This document shows, in pieces, positions 9,938-20,023 of a DNA stretch of 56,601 bases. The position numbers and the translations under genes are program-made. Numbering within the stretch: the first letter of the stretch is position 1; each line of letters starts with the position of its first letter. The notes under the pieces are model-generated. The model did not search any database, had not been told where the DNA came from, and worked only from the letters and a program-made list of their open reading frames with translations. The stretch is from an uncultured Lentisphaerales bacterium (lineage in GTDB: Bacteria > Verrucomicrobiota > Lentisphaeria > JABSQK01 > UBA12247), in NCBI GenBank assembly GCA_943788985.1, contig CALSSJ010000028.1, positions 1 through 56,601 on the forward strand, in the 5' to 3' direction.

Positions 9938-10336
9938 AGAGGTAGCCGCTGCCGCCGACGGAGGGTGAGGCGGCCTTGACGCTTGGGGCGATGGCAGCGA
10001 GTCCGGTACTGCGCCCACCCATCGAGTGGCCTTCGACGCCGAGTTTAACGCCGTCCACCTCGGGGCGCTGCTCGAGAAAGGTGAGGGCGCGACGGGTGCT
10101 CATGACGATCAGATTCTCACTGCTTTTGAGCAGGTTCTTTGCCTTATGAGAGGGGCATAGTGAATGAGTTGGAAGTGTCCTTTGTCGGTCTCCCGCTGCG
10201 TCACAACTTCTACATTAAGCGGCGCTTTGTGAGCATCATAGCTGCCCCATGATTCAGCAACCGCGCTGTCCGCCAGAGCGGAGACGGTTGCGCAAAATAC
10301 CAATAGTCCAATGATGGATGGACTCTTCATGAGCAT
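9938..10336 (-). pseudogene. Internally deleted dienelactone-hydrolase-like esterase remnant
   Basis: Signal peptide + WGSYDAHKAPLNVEVV, then after a frame break RRALTFLEQRPEVDGVKLGVEGHSMGG...VKAASPSVGG. Both match segments of the second domain of 3941-7090 that lie far apart there. Confidence 0.75.
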
Positions 10337-10347
10337 ATCCGTTCAGT

Positions 10348-11937
10348 TTACAGTTCCGGCGGCGGGCCGACCGGCTTATTGGTCTTCTTAGCAAGCGGGT
10401 ACTTAGGCTTCCAGGTAGGATGCTGCTGGGTGAGCCACACGCGGATCTTTTTTGACAGCACCGACGCAAGCTCCGGTTTGCTCTGAATCAGGTTCTGTTT
10501 CTCGCTGATGTCAGCGGTCAGGTCGTACAATTCCCAGGCATCCGCCTCATAGAAATAGAGGAGCTTGTAGCGCTTGCCTGCAATTTCGTCGATGGCCACG
10601 ACACAGGGCTGTGCGCGGGTATCCATGTATCCCGGGAAGAGATAGAAGATCGGGCCCCGCTTATCCGCCGTGTCCGGCTTCCGGAGAGTCTCTGCAAACG
10701 ACTCGCCGTCCAATGGGTGCTCGCTTGCTGGTGGACACCATTTGCCGCCAGACAGCTCAAGAAAGGTCGGATAGAAATCTACCGCGTGGACCATGCGATC
10801 GGTCACCGTGCCTGGGGGAATCACGCCTGGCCAGGCGGCAACCATTGGGACGCGGATGCCGCCTTCCGTGAACATGCCTTTCACACCGCGCAGAGGTAGG
10901 TTGTCAAAATGGGTGCCACCGTTGTCGGAGGTGAAGATGATAAGGGTGTTCTCGGTCAGGCTATCGCTCGCGTCTCCATCGCCGTTGGGATCATCAAGTG
11001 CTGCCATCAACCGGCCAAGTGTGTGATCCATTCCAGCCACAAAGCCTACCAGTTCAGCCTTCTTTTTCTGTTTGGCATCCAGCCGCTTCAGTGCGGTGGC
11101 TTTCAGGTCCGGGCGCGATTTGACTGGGCCATGCACGGCATAGGCGTGAAGCTGTAAATAGAACGGCTTGCCGCCGGCGTGAAGCTTGCCGACGGTCTCC
11201 TCCATGGCCTCGGCCAGGGCATCGCAGACGTGCTTAGGTTGCCCGATCTGGCCAACCGGGATGCCGTAGGTCTCAACATATGCCGCTGTATACGGTGCGG
11301 CAAAGCGATCGAAATCCCCGCCCCCGAGCTTTGGAAAACTCCACGCGTCCATTTTCTTCTTCGCGAAACACACCGGCTGATGTCCTTGCTTAAACCCACC
11401 GATATTGATATCGAACCCCTGATTCTCAGGCAGGGTAGCTTCGCCCTTGTGACCGCCGGCGTGGTACTTGCCGATATGCGCCGTGGCATAGCCGTTTTCC
11501 TTGAGCGCTTCGGCAACGGTGACCGCTTCTGCTGCCACATCCTGACTCTGCTCTGGCCCTCGAAATGTGGCCTCTTCTTTCGTGATGCCGGGCTTCTTGT
11601 TTCGGTTCAGGTTGCCCACGACGTAGACACCATTGTTCACCCTGGCCGGATACTGGCCGGAGAGCAACGCGGCTCGAGTGGGCGCGCAGTTCGGTTGCAT
11701 ATAGGCGTGGGTGAAGCTCATGCCTCGTCCCGCGAGTTTCTCGACATTCGGCGTCTGAAAAACGCCGCTATGCGTGCCCATCGTGCCCTGGTCGGCGCTG
11801 ATCTGGTTCCAGCCCAAGTCATCGATCATATAAACGACAATGTTCGGGAGTTGCTGTGCGGACGCCCCGGATGCCAGCAGAGTTGCTGCCGCGATCATGA
11901 CCGCAAGTGTGGTGATTGCTGTGAGTATGCGATTCAT
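10348..11937 (-). CDS. Secreted formylglycine-dependent (S1) sulfatase
   Basis: Signal peptide MNRILTAIT..., PNIVVYMIDDLG, CAPTRAALLSG, GKYH, FTSDNGG, EGGIRVP. Confidence 0.93.
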   Translation of the reverse strand: MNRILTAITTLAVMIAAATLLASGASAQQLPNIVVYMIDDLGWNQISADQGTMGTHSGVFQTPNVEKLAGRGMSFTHAYMQPNCAPTRAALLSGQYPARVNNGVYVVGNLNRNKKPGITKEEATFRGPEQSQDVAAEAVTVAEALKENGYATAHIGKYHAGGHKGEATLPENQGFDINIGGFKQGHQPVCFAKKKMDAWSFPKLGGGDFDRFAAPYTAAYVETYGIPVGQIGQPKHVCDALAEAMEETVGKLHAGGKPFYLQLHAYAVHGPVKSRPDLKATALKRLDAKQKKKAELVGFVAGMDHTLGRLMAALDDPNGDGDASDSLTENTLIIFTSDNGGTHFDNLPLRGVKGMFTEGGIRVPMVAAWPGVIPPGTVTDRMVHAVDFYPTFLELSGGKWCPPASEHPLDGESFAETLRKPDTADKRGPIFYLFPGYMDTRAQPCVVAIDEIAGKRYKLLYFYEADAWELYDLTADISEKQNLIQSKPELASVLSKKIRVWLTQQHPTWKPKYPLAKKTNKPVGPPPEL

Positions 11938-11941
11938 ATGC

Positions 11942-14116
11942 TTACTTCGTGATTTCTGGTTCTGAGAACTGGGTCTGGGCCCCTCGGACGCCAAAGCCAA
12001 TGTAGTTGATGCTCGTCACTGTTTCGGTAAACGAACTGTTGAGCGTGACACCGTTAATGGTCAGGCTGCCAGTTCGCGCATCCATGTCCAACGCAAGCTT
12101 GCAGATCATTTCAGCGCCTGGCTGAAATCGCTTCTGGGTGTCCATTTTATGCCGGGTTACGGCTTCGAAGATTGCCATTTTGTTTGCGCCGCTCCAAGCC
12201 CCGGCAAAGATGGACGCGAGTGCGTCCTCGTCACTGCTCAAGACCAGGAAGCCATTGCGCCTGGCAGCATGCGAATCCACATCCTTCATCTTCCAGGTGA
12301 TGGTTGCTCTGCCGCTGCTGATTCCCTGCGGTAGCTTTTTGAGTGCGAAGGACTGTCCATTCGCCCCCTGCGCTGCAGCCACCGTGTAGCCCAACCGGAT
12401 CTTCTGGATTGTGGCTGTCCCGGAAAAGTCTTTGGACTTGACGATGGCTACGTTGGTTTCGGGGGCCGTGGCAATCTTCACCTTCGGCGTGTAGTTAGCT
12501 CCAGCGACTGGGAGCGATTCACCGGCTAGGCGCAGGACCATGCCGGGCACGGAGAGGTCGCCTTCGTTGCCAGCGGACGTTCCGACCCGCTCAATCAGCG
12601 CGCCGGGTATGGTCAGGCGATTGCCGTCCACGCTGATTTTGTCGGTGATATCTTCTGAGGCTGCCGAAAGCAGATCCTGGGCCCAGATATGGTCGACGTT
12701 CTCAATGGAGCCAGCAAACTCGAGCACCAGTTCCTGATACCGGCCAACGATGCCGATGGGCTGAGCTGCGTCTTTGATTCTCACCGTCACGATCGCGCGT
12801 GGTTCAAACCAGCGGTTTTCCGGCGACACGCGTCCTTCGGTTGCGATCCCAGTTGGGCCGTTGGGATAGGTCGTGGCACAGACAAACGGGGGCGGCCCGT
12901 CGCAGGCCACTTCCGGAAGCGGCATGTTCCGGGCCATGATGGCCGGGGCGCTCTGGCTGACCATCTTGCCATAGGTGCCGCCGTTCCACGTATCCCAGGG
13001 CGTATAGGTGCAATGGTCGATCAACTCGTTATCTGCAGCGAGATACGTGCCCTCGCCAGCCGGAAAAGCCGGAGCAACGCGCGCCCAGCGCCCAAAGCGC
13101 TCTGCCTCGTTGATCCGCTTCTGCATCAACCGCGGCCCAGAAAGCTGATGGTGCAAATCCTGGCCTTTATAGGTACGCTCGTTCATGTTCGGGTGGCGCT
13201 TGCTTGCCACTAGCACGCCCAGCCCGACTGCCACATTGCAATCATCCTGCACGTTCAGCATCGCAGTATACTTGGCCTGCTGCTGCGTCTGCTTGAGGAT
13301 ATCATGGGTTCGGCGCAACGTGGTCGACGTCATCAACAGCGGTGAGGCGTCGTAGGTGCGAAACACATCGACATTTTGCAGCATGTTCAGCATGCCCCGC
13401 TGCTGGGGACCACCGAATTCATACGTCGACGGGTAGGAGGGAAGATCCTGATTCCACTTAGGATTGATATTACCGCCCGAACCGGTGATGTACTCCAAGA
13501 CCAACTCAGGATAGATCTCCTCTTTCACCTTGAAGGAGTAGTAGTTCCCACCGTCATTACCCCCGTCAATTTTCCAGTAGCTGATCCCGGCATACTTCGA
13601 CCACTCCACAAATGCACGCGCCTGCTTTTCGCTGATATTTCCGCGCGTCCAGAGCCCGAGTGAGTTCCAGCCAAGCGCCTTGATCTCGTCATTGAATTTC
13701 TTCAGCAACTCCTTGGGGGGCAGGTCTGCATAGGGCGGGAAATCCCGCGGATCAGCGACCATGTTGAAGAAATCCGGGCCTCCGGCAATGCGCTCGCTCT
13801 TTTCTTTGGTTTGCCAGCCATGATCGATCAGGAAGACATAATCGGCGCGTCCACGCGGCAGGTAAGTGCTGGCCCAGCCATCCTTCTTGTTGAACAGCGT
13901 CTCGTAGCTCAACTCATCGCGAGCGGCTTCGTTGGTTACGCCTTTTAAGCTCTGCAGATCTATCCCATGGCCGATCCAGTAGTTTTGCGCGTACCAAGTA
14001 CACCAGTAGTTCGGTGCCGTCGCCGGCTGAGCCGGCACCAGATTCGGTCCCTTGTCAGCTGCTGTTTCGATAGTCAGCACAGCCATACTTATCATGCTCA
14101 ACATAAGCGATCTCAT
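11942..14116 (-). CDS. Secreted putative glycoside hydrolase (clan GH-D-like barrel) with C-terminal beta-sandwich domain
   Basis: Likely start MRSLMLSMISMAVLTIETAA (14116); PNYWCTW, FLIDHGWQ, GLW, YWKIDGG and FRTYD resemble the IDDGW/KxD/RxxxD motifs of GH27/GH36. Confidence 0.55.
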   Translation of the reverse strand: MRSLMLSMISMAVLTIETAADKGPNLVPAQPATAPNYWCTWYAQNYWIGHGIDLQSLKGVTNEAARDELSYETLFNKKDGWASTYLPRGRADYVFLIDHGWQTKEKSERIAGGPDFFNMVADPRDFPPYADLPPKELLKKFNDEIKALGWNSLGLWTRGNISEKQARAFVEWSKYAGISYWKIDGGNDGGNYYSFKVKEEIYPELVLEYITGSGGNINPKWNQDLPSYPSTYEFGGPQQRGMLNMLQNVDVFRTYDASPLLMTSTTLRRTHDILKQTQQQAKYTAMLNVQDDCNVAVGLGVLVASKRHPNMNERTYKGQDLHHQLSGPRLMQKRINEAERFGRWARVAPAFPAGEGTYLAADNELIDHCTYTPWDTWNGGTYGKMVSQSAPAIMARNMPLPEVACDGPPPFVCATTYPNGPTGIATEGRVSPENRWFEPRAIVTVRIKDAAQPIGIVGRYQELVLEFAGSIENVDHIWAQDLLSAASEDITDKISVDGNRLTIPGALIERVGTSAGNEGDLSVPGMVLRLAGESLPVAGANYTPKVKIATAPETNVAIVKSKDFSGTATIQKIRLGYTVAAAQGANGQSFALKKLPQGISSGRATITWKMKDVDSHAARRNGFLVLSSDEDALASIFAGAWSGANKMAIFEAVTRHKMDTQKRFQPGAEMICKLALDMDARTGSLTINGVTLNSSFTETVTSINYIGFGVRGAQTQFSEPEITK

Positions 14117-14368
14117 TGATTTCCTTATGAGTTCCAACAGTCTGTTGCTGGTTGCGTCTGGCTCGGATCTTCGCGAGGGCGACTCCGGGCTCTTAGCCGA
14201 CTTGGAGACGCCACAAATAGTAACCATTTGCGGCCAAGCGATAACGTCGCAGGCTTGTCGAATAGCATGTTTGTGACCTTGGTAAGATCGCAAACATGCC
14301 CTACCGTGCTGTACGAACCAAGAGGACCTCCGTAGCAATCTGAGCACTATTGACGCATGACAAGGACC

Positions 14369-14530
14369 ATGATATTGAGGGTGGGGCAAGCCCCGTCGCC
14401 GGATGTGGCGCTCGGCGCACATAGTGTCGGACACTACATCCTGCCACTCGGCTTCCGGGAGGAGCCGATGACAAAGCGGTTCGTCGAGGTCTTCTGGAGC
14501 GTCAAGGGGCGCTCAAGCCCGGAGAATTGA
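14369..14530 (+). pseudogene. Truncated N-terminus of a probable AraC-type regulator, divergent from the glycosidase/sulfatase run
   Basis: AAGGA RBS then MILRVGQAPSPDVALGAHSVGHYILPLGFREEPMTKRFVEVFWSVKG...* (53 aa), resembling cupin ligand-binding N-termini; no HTH. Confidence 0.45.
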
Positions 14531-14543
14531 AACCAAACGCAGC

Positions 14544-15109
14544 GGCCAAGGTCTTCGATTTGCCCTTGCGTCCGTGGACGGTATCATCCGGGCCCACAAA
14601 GGTGCCATCCATCTGAGGACCTAGTTGGGCAAAGGCACGACCTTCACCGTGCCCCTACCTCATGAGGAGGGGCTCTCGGCTGGCAAAGGCGTGGCTTAAA
14701 ATGTTTCTGTTACCAAGGAAAAATCAGGAGGCGCGTGTTGGTTATAGACCATGAGGATGGGGGGCGTCGCGTTATGACTACGATGCTTGATTTTGGCGGG
14801 TACACTGTGGTGTCCGCCTCCGATGGATGCCGGGGAGCGGATATCTACCAACGCGAGGGCGAACAGATCGACTGCGTGTTCCGCAACTTGAGCATACCAA
14901 AGCGCAACGCCGAAGAAGCTTTGCAGGAACTGCGAAAGCTCGATCCCAACGTGCGCGTGGTCCTGGCAAGTGGATTCACCGAACGAGAGATGCTCGATCG
15001 TTTTCGTGCTGCGGGGCTGTCAGGCGTCTTGCAAAAACCGGTTTTGATGTCGTCGCTGCTGACAAAAGTCCGCGCGGCAATCGAGTCGCCCGACAGAGCA
15101 GCTGACTAA
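14544..15109 (+). pseudogene. Decayed C-terminus of a hybrid histidine kinase (HATPase end + receiver domain)
   Basis: GQGLRFALASVDGIIRAHKGAIHLRT*LGKGTTFTVPLP (TAG 14622-14624), followed by a receiver whose phospho-Asp position reads N (CVFRNLSIP) but which keeps ASG and QKP. Confidence 0.75.
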
Positions 15110-15956
15110 TTGTGGCCAGATCAAGGGCCTGTGCGGAATTAACGTTACATTTTGGCGGGTGCAGGGGAGGATATTCTGCACAGTTACCCGAAGTTTCCCG
15201 CAGTTTGGCGACAGGGAAGGTCAACTCAACCGGACAGGGGATGTCTCGTTTTTAGGCTCGTGGCTTGGGAGTCTCACTTCTCCAGTGCAAACTCGGCCCT
15301 AGCATAGAATTCCAAGTACCCGCACTTGCGGCATCGAAAGGCGGCGATAGGCTGGCCAATACCAGCAGGTCGCTTCGCTTGTGTCAGAAACGATTTGTTC
15401 GGGTGGCCCCCATACTAAAGCTTAATAAGGACGGCACTGGGGGCCCAACCGGAGGCGAATCCCCGAGTTATTGCCCCGTGGCATTTCAGGCATTCGTGTC
15501 TAGGAATGATCAAGCTCGCTTGGCTACTCTACGGGCTCGACATGGTGCCAAGCTATTCCGTCTCGCAGCCGCGTGGTGCCTGGCAGGTGCAGACCTTGGT
15601 TGAGATCTACCTGTGGGAGCACCGCGCAGAGGAATTTGCAGCGCTTTGCACTGGGGAGGTGTGAGGCTCATCCGCGAGTTGGCAGGGATGAAATCAGGCG
15701 AATCAACAGAGAAAATGATCCGCTTCCGGCTCACGGTGCACTTTGGTGTTAGTTACCTTTACCCATTACACGGGGCCCAGCCGCATTACTAAACAGGGCG
15801 CAGTCCGCGTACCTGTGAGCGCTGGCTCACGGTCGATAGGATGATTGGTCGGGGGCCGTGCTGGGCACGGCGGTCAGGAATCGGCATTTTAAGCGGTGCT
15901 GAGGCTGTGCTGTTGAAGCACAACTTCAGTCACCGCTTAAATTGCGCGAGAGCGTG

Positions 15957-16163
15957 CTAGAGAGGCACGACCTTGTTGGCGCATGGCCCTTTTTGACCTT
16001 GCCCAACTTCAAACTCAACTTTCTGGCCGTCAGCGAGGCTTGCGTAGCCGCCGCCACTTTGGATCTCGGAATGATGCACGAAGAGATCTTTGTCGCTATC
16101 ATCTGGTGTGATGAAACCGAAACCCTTGTCTGCATTGAACCACTTAACTGTACCTGTACCCAT
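15957..16163 (-). CDS. Cold-shock protein (CspA family)
   Basis: [18 protein letters not shown] (RNP1)...DLFVHHSEI (RNP2)...[19 protein letters not shown]; 68 aa. Confidence 0.97.
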   Translation of the reverse strand: MGTGTVKWFNADKGFGFITPDDSDKDLFVHHSEIQSGGGYASLADGQKVEFEVGQGQKGPCANKVVPL

Positions 16164-16211
16164 ACCGTGTTCTCCTTTGTGTGTTGCCATTGATTGGCGT
16201 TGATTGATTTG

Positions 16212-16379
16212 CTATACGTCGCCGGTTGTCGTTGCTCTATCGTCACTTTCTGGCGTAGGCTGAACGTCCTGCGACTGACTCTCGTCTGCCCCTGCTTTTT
16301 TCAGGCGCTTTTGTTCCTTCTTCTTCTTCTTGGCGATTTCTTTTTGGCGCTTTTCGAACGCGTAATTGGGCTTAGCCAT
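16212..16379 (-). CDS. Small basic protein (55 aa), not in the ORF track
   Basis: MAKPNYAFEKRQKEIAKKKKKEQKRLKKAGADESQSQDVQPTPESDDRATTTGDV*; GAGGAG RBS upstream; 48 bp upstream of and co-oriented with csp. Confidence 0.75.
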   Translation of the reverse strand: MAKPNYAFEKRQKEIAKKKKKEQKRLKKAGADESQSQDVQPTPESDDRATTTGDV

Positions 16380-16971
16380 TAGGTCTCTCCTCTACCAAAT
16401 TCTAGCCTGATTAATTCATGAGATCTCGTTACGAGAGGTGGCTGTGTGCTTCAGATTGGCTGATCCTGAGCATAGGCCAGATGAAAAGGTATCGAGATAC
16501 CTTGAGTTTGGTGTCGGGAGTGTTGTGATGTTGCGCAGTTCTGCCTCATGGCAGATAACGGATGAATCTGTTCAGGCTAGCTATACATATCCCGGATTTC
16601 TAATGAAGCCGCCTTAAATTTATTCCGTAAACCCGTCTTCCGCAATCAGGGCTCCTAGCAGTCCAAGGATCGTGGCCAGCGCAGCCGGTCCATAACCTTG
16701 ATGAATTCCGTCGGATTCGCCAGAGGCCTTGGACGGGAATTTTGATGCGGCGGAGCCCGCATGAACCGAGGGTATTGTGTTGCCAAATCGCAGGAAGTCA
16801 AGCAGTGCGACGTGTTCTCACTGTAGTAAGCGGCCGATTCCCGGCGGTCGCCACTGCTTACAGGCGGGAAATCTGTCGCCGCGATACTTAGAAGCGAGGA
16901 CGTCTGACCACGGAACGCACGGCAAACCACGGAGGGAGGACCTGTTGCCGGGGGCAGATGCTCCGCGATTG

Positions 16972-18126
16972 TTAGCGGGCAGACGCGGCGCAGGTATTGC
17001 CGGAAGGCCCGGTAGCGGAGGCCGTCGCGCGGGTAGGCGAAGTCGTCCTGAAGCTGGGGATTTGCGAAGTCTGCAAAAAAGCGGGCGGTAGAGCCGAGCT
17101 TGCGACGCGTGGAGCACGCGGGATCGTGGAGCACGGAAAGCAGATGCTGAAAGTCGAGGGGAAAGGCAACACTGGGCGCGAGCTGGTCGGGCCGCGGGGG
17201 ACCGCCGGCGTCTCGCCAAGACGACAGGCACAGAGCAGGGCGGGAAAATCGACGCCAGCCAGCAGGGCAAGATGCATCGAGCCCCAGACCCTACTGTTCA
17301 ACTCGATGAAATGGAAGGCATCGGTTCCGGGATCCCAGCGGTACTCAAGCATGGCCAGACCGTTCCAATTAAGCGTCTCGAGTCGGGCCTGGGCATCAGC
17401 AAGGATGCGAGAATGGTGCCAGACCTCGCGGCAGGATGAGACGCCCCCTTGGTACGGCACTTCGCGAAGGCGCCGGTGCATCATCGTGGCGACAATCTGG
17501 CCATTCCAACGCAGGAAGCAGGCTCCAATTCCGATGCCAGGGACGGCGTGTTGAGCAAGCACGTGGGTATGCGTGGTCAGCAGCTTTTTGGCAGTAATTG
17601 CAGCATCGGTGACGCAGGTGCGATGGACTCGACTGCGGCCGGTGAGTGGTGTGGAGATCTGGTTGACACCGTCGACTTTCAGGAAGCTGGTGGGAACGGC
17701 TGCTAACCACGAGCGATCGTCCTCGGTGAGGAGCCCCGTCAAGATGCGCGAGTGAGGCAGCTGTGTCGGGTCAGTCCATTGTTGGTGGACCCAGGCTTTG
17801 GATAGGCAGCCGTAGTGAAGTTCTGCGTCTGCTTCGACGGCGAGCAGAGGCAGCAGCCGATCGGCATGCTCGCGAATGGCCAAGGAGAAGGATTCGCTGG
17901 CGATGATGGTGTGTATGGCCTCCTCAAGGATGAGGGCATCCAGCCAGCTCAGAAACTCTGGGCTGCCATAGGCGGGGGCCTGGTGCGAGCAGGCGACGAA
18001 GCGCGAGAAGAAGCCAATGGCGTCACCCCGAGGGGAGATCGCAATGACCCGGTGGCCGGCACTGCCAAGCGAGCGGATGACCGCTAGGGCGCCGATGGTG
18101 TGTGCTTCGCTGACTAGGACTGTCAT
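16972..18126 (-). CDS. ATP-grasp domain protein (frameshift near 17160; 3' end approximate)
   Basis: LAVIRSLGSAG, LSKAW, LAQHAVPG, HRRLREVPYQGGVSS, AMLEYR, FHFIELNSRVWGS. The C-terminus (LDFQHLLSVLHD...DDFAYPRD) continues in another frame after a C-run. Confidence 0.8.
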   Translation of the reverse strand: MTVLVSEAHTIGALAVIRSLGSAGHRVIAISPRGDAIGFFSRFVACSHQAPAYGSPEFLSWLDALILEEAIHTIIASESFSLAIREHADRLLPLLAVEADAELHYGCLSKAWVHQQWTDPTQLPHSRILTGLLTEDDRSWLAAVPTSFLKVDGVNQISTPLTGRSRVHRTCVTDAAITAKKLLTTHTHVLAQHAVPGIGIGACFLRWNGQIVATMMHRRLREVPYQGGVSSCREVWHHSRILADAQARLETLNWNGLAMLEYRWDPGTDAFHFIELNSRVWGSMHLALLAGVDFPALLCACRLGETPAVPRGPTSSRPVLPFPSTFSICFPCSTIPRAPRVASSALPPAFLQTSQIPSFRTTSPTRATASATGPSGNTCAASAR

Positions 18127-19994
18127 GGCGTGGTGCCTTCCAGACGACGGATGGCCTGTTGGGCTTCGAGGTAGTCAGGACGCAGGCTGCCCGCTTGCTG
18201 AAACGCAGTCAGCGCGTCGGGAAAGCGTGACTGGCGCGCGAGCAGCACGCCCAAGTTGTACCAGGCTTCGGCGAATTCTGGACGCAGGCGGATCGCTTCG
18301 CGCAGGTGATGATCGGACCGGGTGAGATCGCCAGCGCGGCCAAAGTGCCGGCCCAGTTCATAGTGGGCACCGCTTTCGCCTGCGTCGGCGCCCTGCTGCC
18401 AGCAGCGGACGGCCTCGGTCATATTGTCGTTTTCACGGTGAAGGTTGCCAAGGTTGCTCCAGGCTGCACCCAACTCTGGCTCCTCACTGAGCGCGATCTC
18501 CAAGGCACGAATGGCCCCGGCTGGGTCGTCCTGGTGACGCAGTTGCAGCGCCAGTGAGTTGAGCACGCGCGGATGATTGCGGTTGATCTTGAGGGCATGC
18601 GCGAGAAAGGGATCTGCTTCCTGCCACTGGCCGCGATTCTGATGGTGGATGGCGAGGTTGAGGGCGGCGTCGATGAAACTGCCGTTCTGGTCCAGGGCGG
18701 TGCGGAAATGTCGGTAGGCTTCCTCGTGCTGACCTTGATCATTGAGTGCGGAGGCCAGGCTATTGTGGGCGATTGGGTTGTGGTTGTCTTGCTGGAGGCT
18801 GGCGCGCCACAGGGCTTCGCTATCGCGCCAGTCGCGGTTTCGTGAAAAGGTGAGGCCGCTCAAGATAGCGAGCACGAGCAGCGTGCTGGTGGCAAGCAAC
18901 CGCGGGCGAGAGCGCAGCGCCGCTTCGCCAACAAGCACGAGCAGCAGCACAGGGCCGATCATGGCGAGGTACATGTAGCGATCGGCTCGGAAGGTGGATA
19001 TGGGAATGATGTTTGAGACTGGCAACAGCCACAGGACGAACCAAGCAATGCCCCACGCCGGAAGCCGGTCTGCCTGGTGCCAGCGTCGGATGGCCAGCCA
19101 GGCCGCAGCTGTGGCAGCGGCAAGGACTAGGGCAACGGCGACAGTGGGGGCCGCAATGGGGGACCGTGGGTATTTGCAGTTGAAGCCGAGGGGGATCACG
19201 ATCTGGCGTAGATAGTCGCCGAAGGTGACGGTCATCGAGAGGGCAGTTGTCAGGAGGCCAAGAGGCTCTTCGGTTTTTACGGCGACATTGGCTTCGCCAC
19301 CACTGAGCAGGGCGAACAAGACGGGCAGGGCTGCAAGGCAGGGCAGGGCGATGGTGGTGGCGCTGGTACGTACAGTCTGGCCGTGGTCCCGGCGGACAAA
19401 ACTGCTCAGGATCAGGGCGGCGGGGGCCACGACACCAAAGGGACTAGACCAGACCGCTCCCAGCAGCGCGACTCCAGAAAACAGGCAGTATCTGAGCCCA
19501 CGGTCGCGGTGCTCATAGGCCCAGAAGGCGAGCATGGTGAAGGCGGCTAGCAGGCCATACTTCCGGGACGACATCCAGGTCACTGCTTCGACGTTTAGCG
19601 GGTGAATTGCGAAGATCGCAGCGGTGGCGAGAGCCACGCGCCCGCGTCCGGGGGCGGCAATGGGGAGCCAGCGCCTGAGCCAGAGAAAGAGGAGGATCGC
19701 AGCGGTGGCGTGCAGGAGGGTGTTGGAGAGGTGAAAGGCCAGCGGCTGCATTCCCCAGATGGCATAATCCAGCGCGTAGCTCAGTACGCGAAGCGGCTGA
19801 AAGGTGCGGCCTGGTGTGGGCGTGAAGATGGCGACCACGTCGCCGAAACTAGCAATACGGATTGCCGGGTTGTCGACGATGAGCCCGTGGTCGTCCCAGT
19901 TGGTGAACGCGTTCCCGAAGGTGTTTGCGAAGTTCGCAAACACCAGAACTGCGAGGCCGCAGCAGAGGAGTTGGGTCTTTCGGGCGGGGTTCAT
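18123..19994 (-). CDS. TMTC-like polytopic membrane glycosyltransferase (GT-C) with C-terminal TPRs
   Basis: 623 aa; NWDDHGLIVDNPAIR, QPLRVLSYALDY, HPLNVEAVTW, ADRYMYL, RNRDWRDSEALW, then about 6 TPRs (AHNSLA, AWSNLG, AWYNLG). Confidence 0.8.
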   Translation of the reverse strand: MNPARKTQLLCCGLAVLVFANFANTFGNAFTNWDDHGLIVDNPAIRIASFGDVVAIFTPTPGRTFQPLRVLSYALDYAIWGMQPLAFHLSNTLLHATAAILLFLWLRRWLPIAAPGRGRVALATAAIFAIHPLNVEAVTWMSSRKYGLLAAFTMLAFWAYEHRDRGLRYCLFSGVALLGAVWSSPFGVVAPAALILSSFVRRDHGQTVRTSATTIALPCLAALPVLFALLSGGEANVAVKTEEPLGLLTTALSMTVTFGDYLRQIVIPLGFNCKYPRSPIAAPTVAVALVLAAATAAAWLAIRRWHQADRLPAWGIAWFVLWLLPVSNIIPISTFRADRYMYLAMIGPVLLLVLVGEAALRSRPRLLATSTLLVLAILSGLTFSRNRDWRDSEALWRASLQQDNHNPIAHNSLASALNDQGQHEEAYRHFRTALDQNGSFIDAALNLAIHHQNRGQWQEADPFLAHALKINRNHPRVLNSLALQLRHQDDPAGAIRALEIALSEEPELGAAWSNLGNLHRENDNMTEAVRCWQQGADAGESGAHYELGRHFGRAGDLTRSDHHLREAIRLRPEFAEAWYNLGVLLARQSRFPDALTAFQQAGSLRPDYLEAQQAIRRLEGTTP

Positions 19995-20023
19995 TCGGCA
20001 GCCTTCCGGCGAGCGGCCAGCTG

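Noticed and set aside
15441..15664. Short protein-like frame ending MIKLAWLLYGLDMVPSY...CTGEV*
   Set aside because: No family recognised and no clear start or RBS; may be another gene remnant but cannot be supported.
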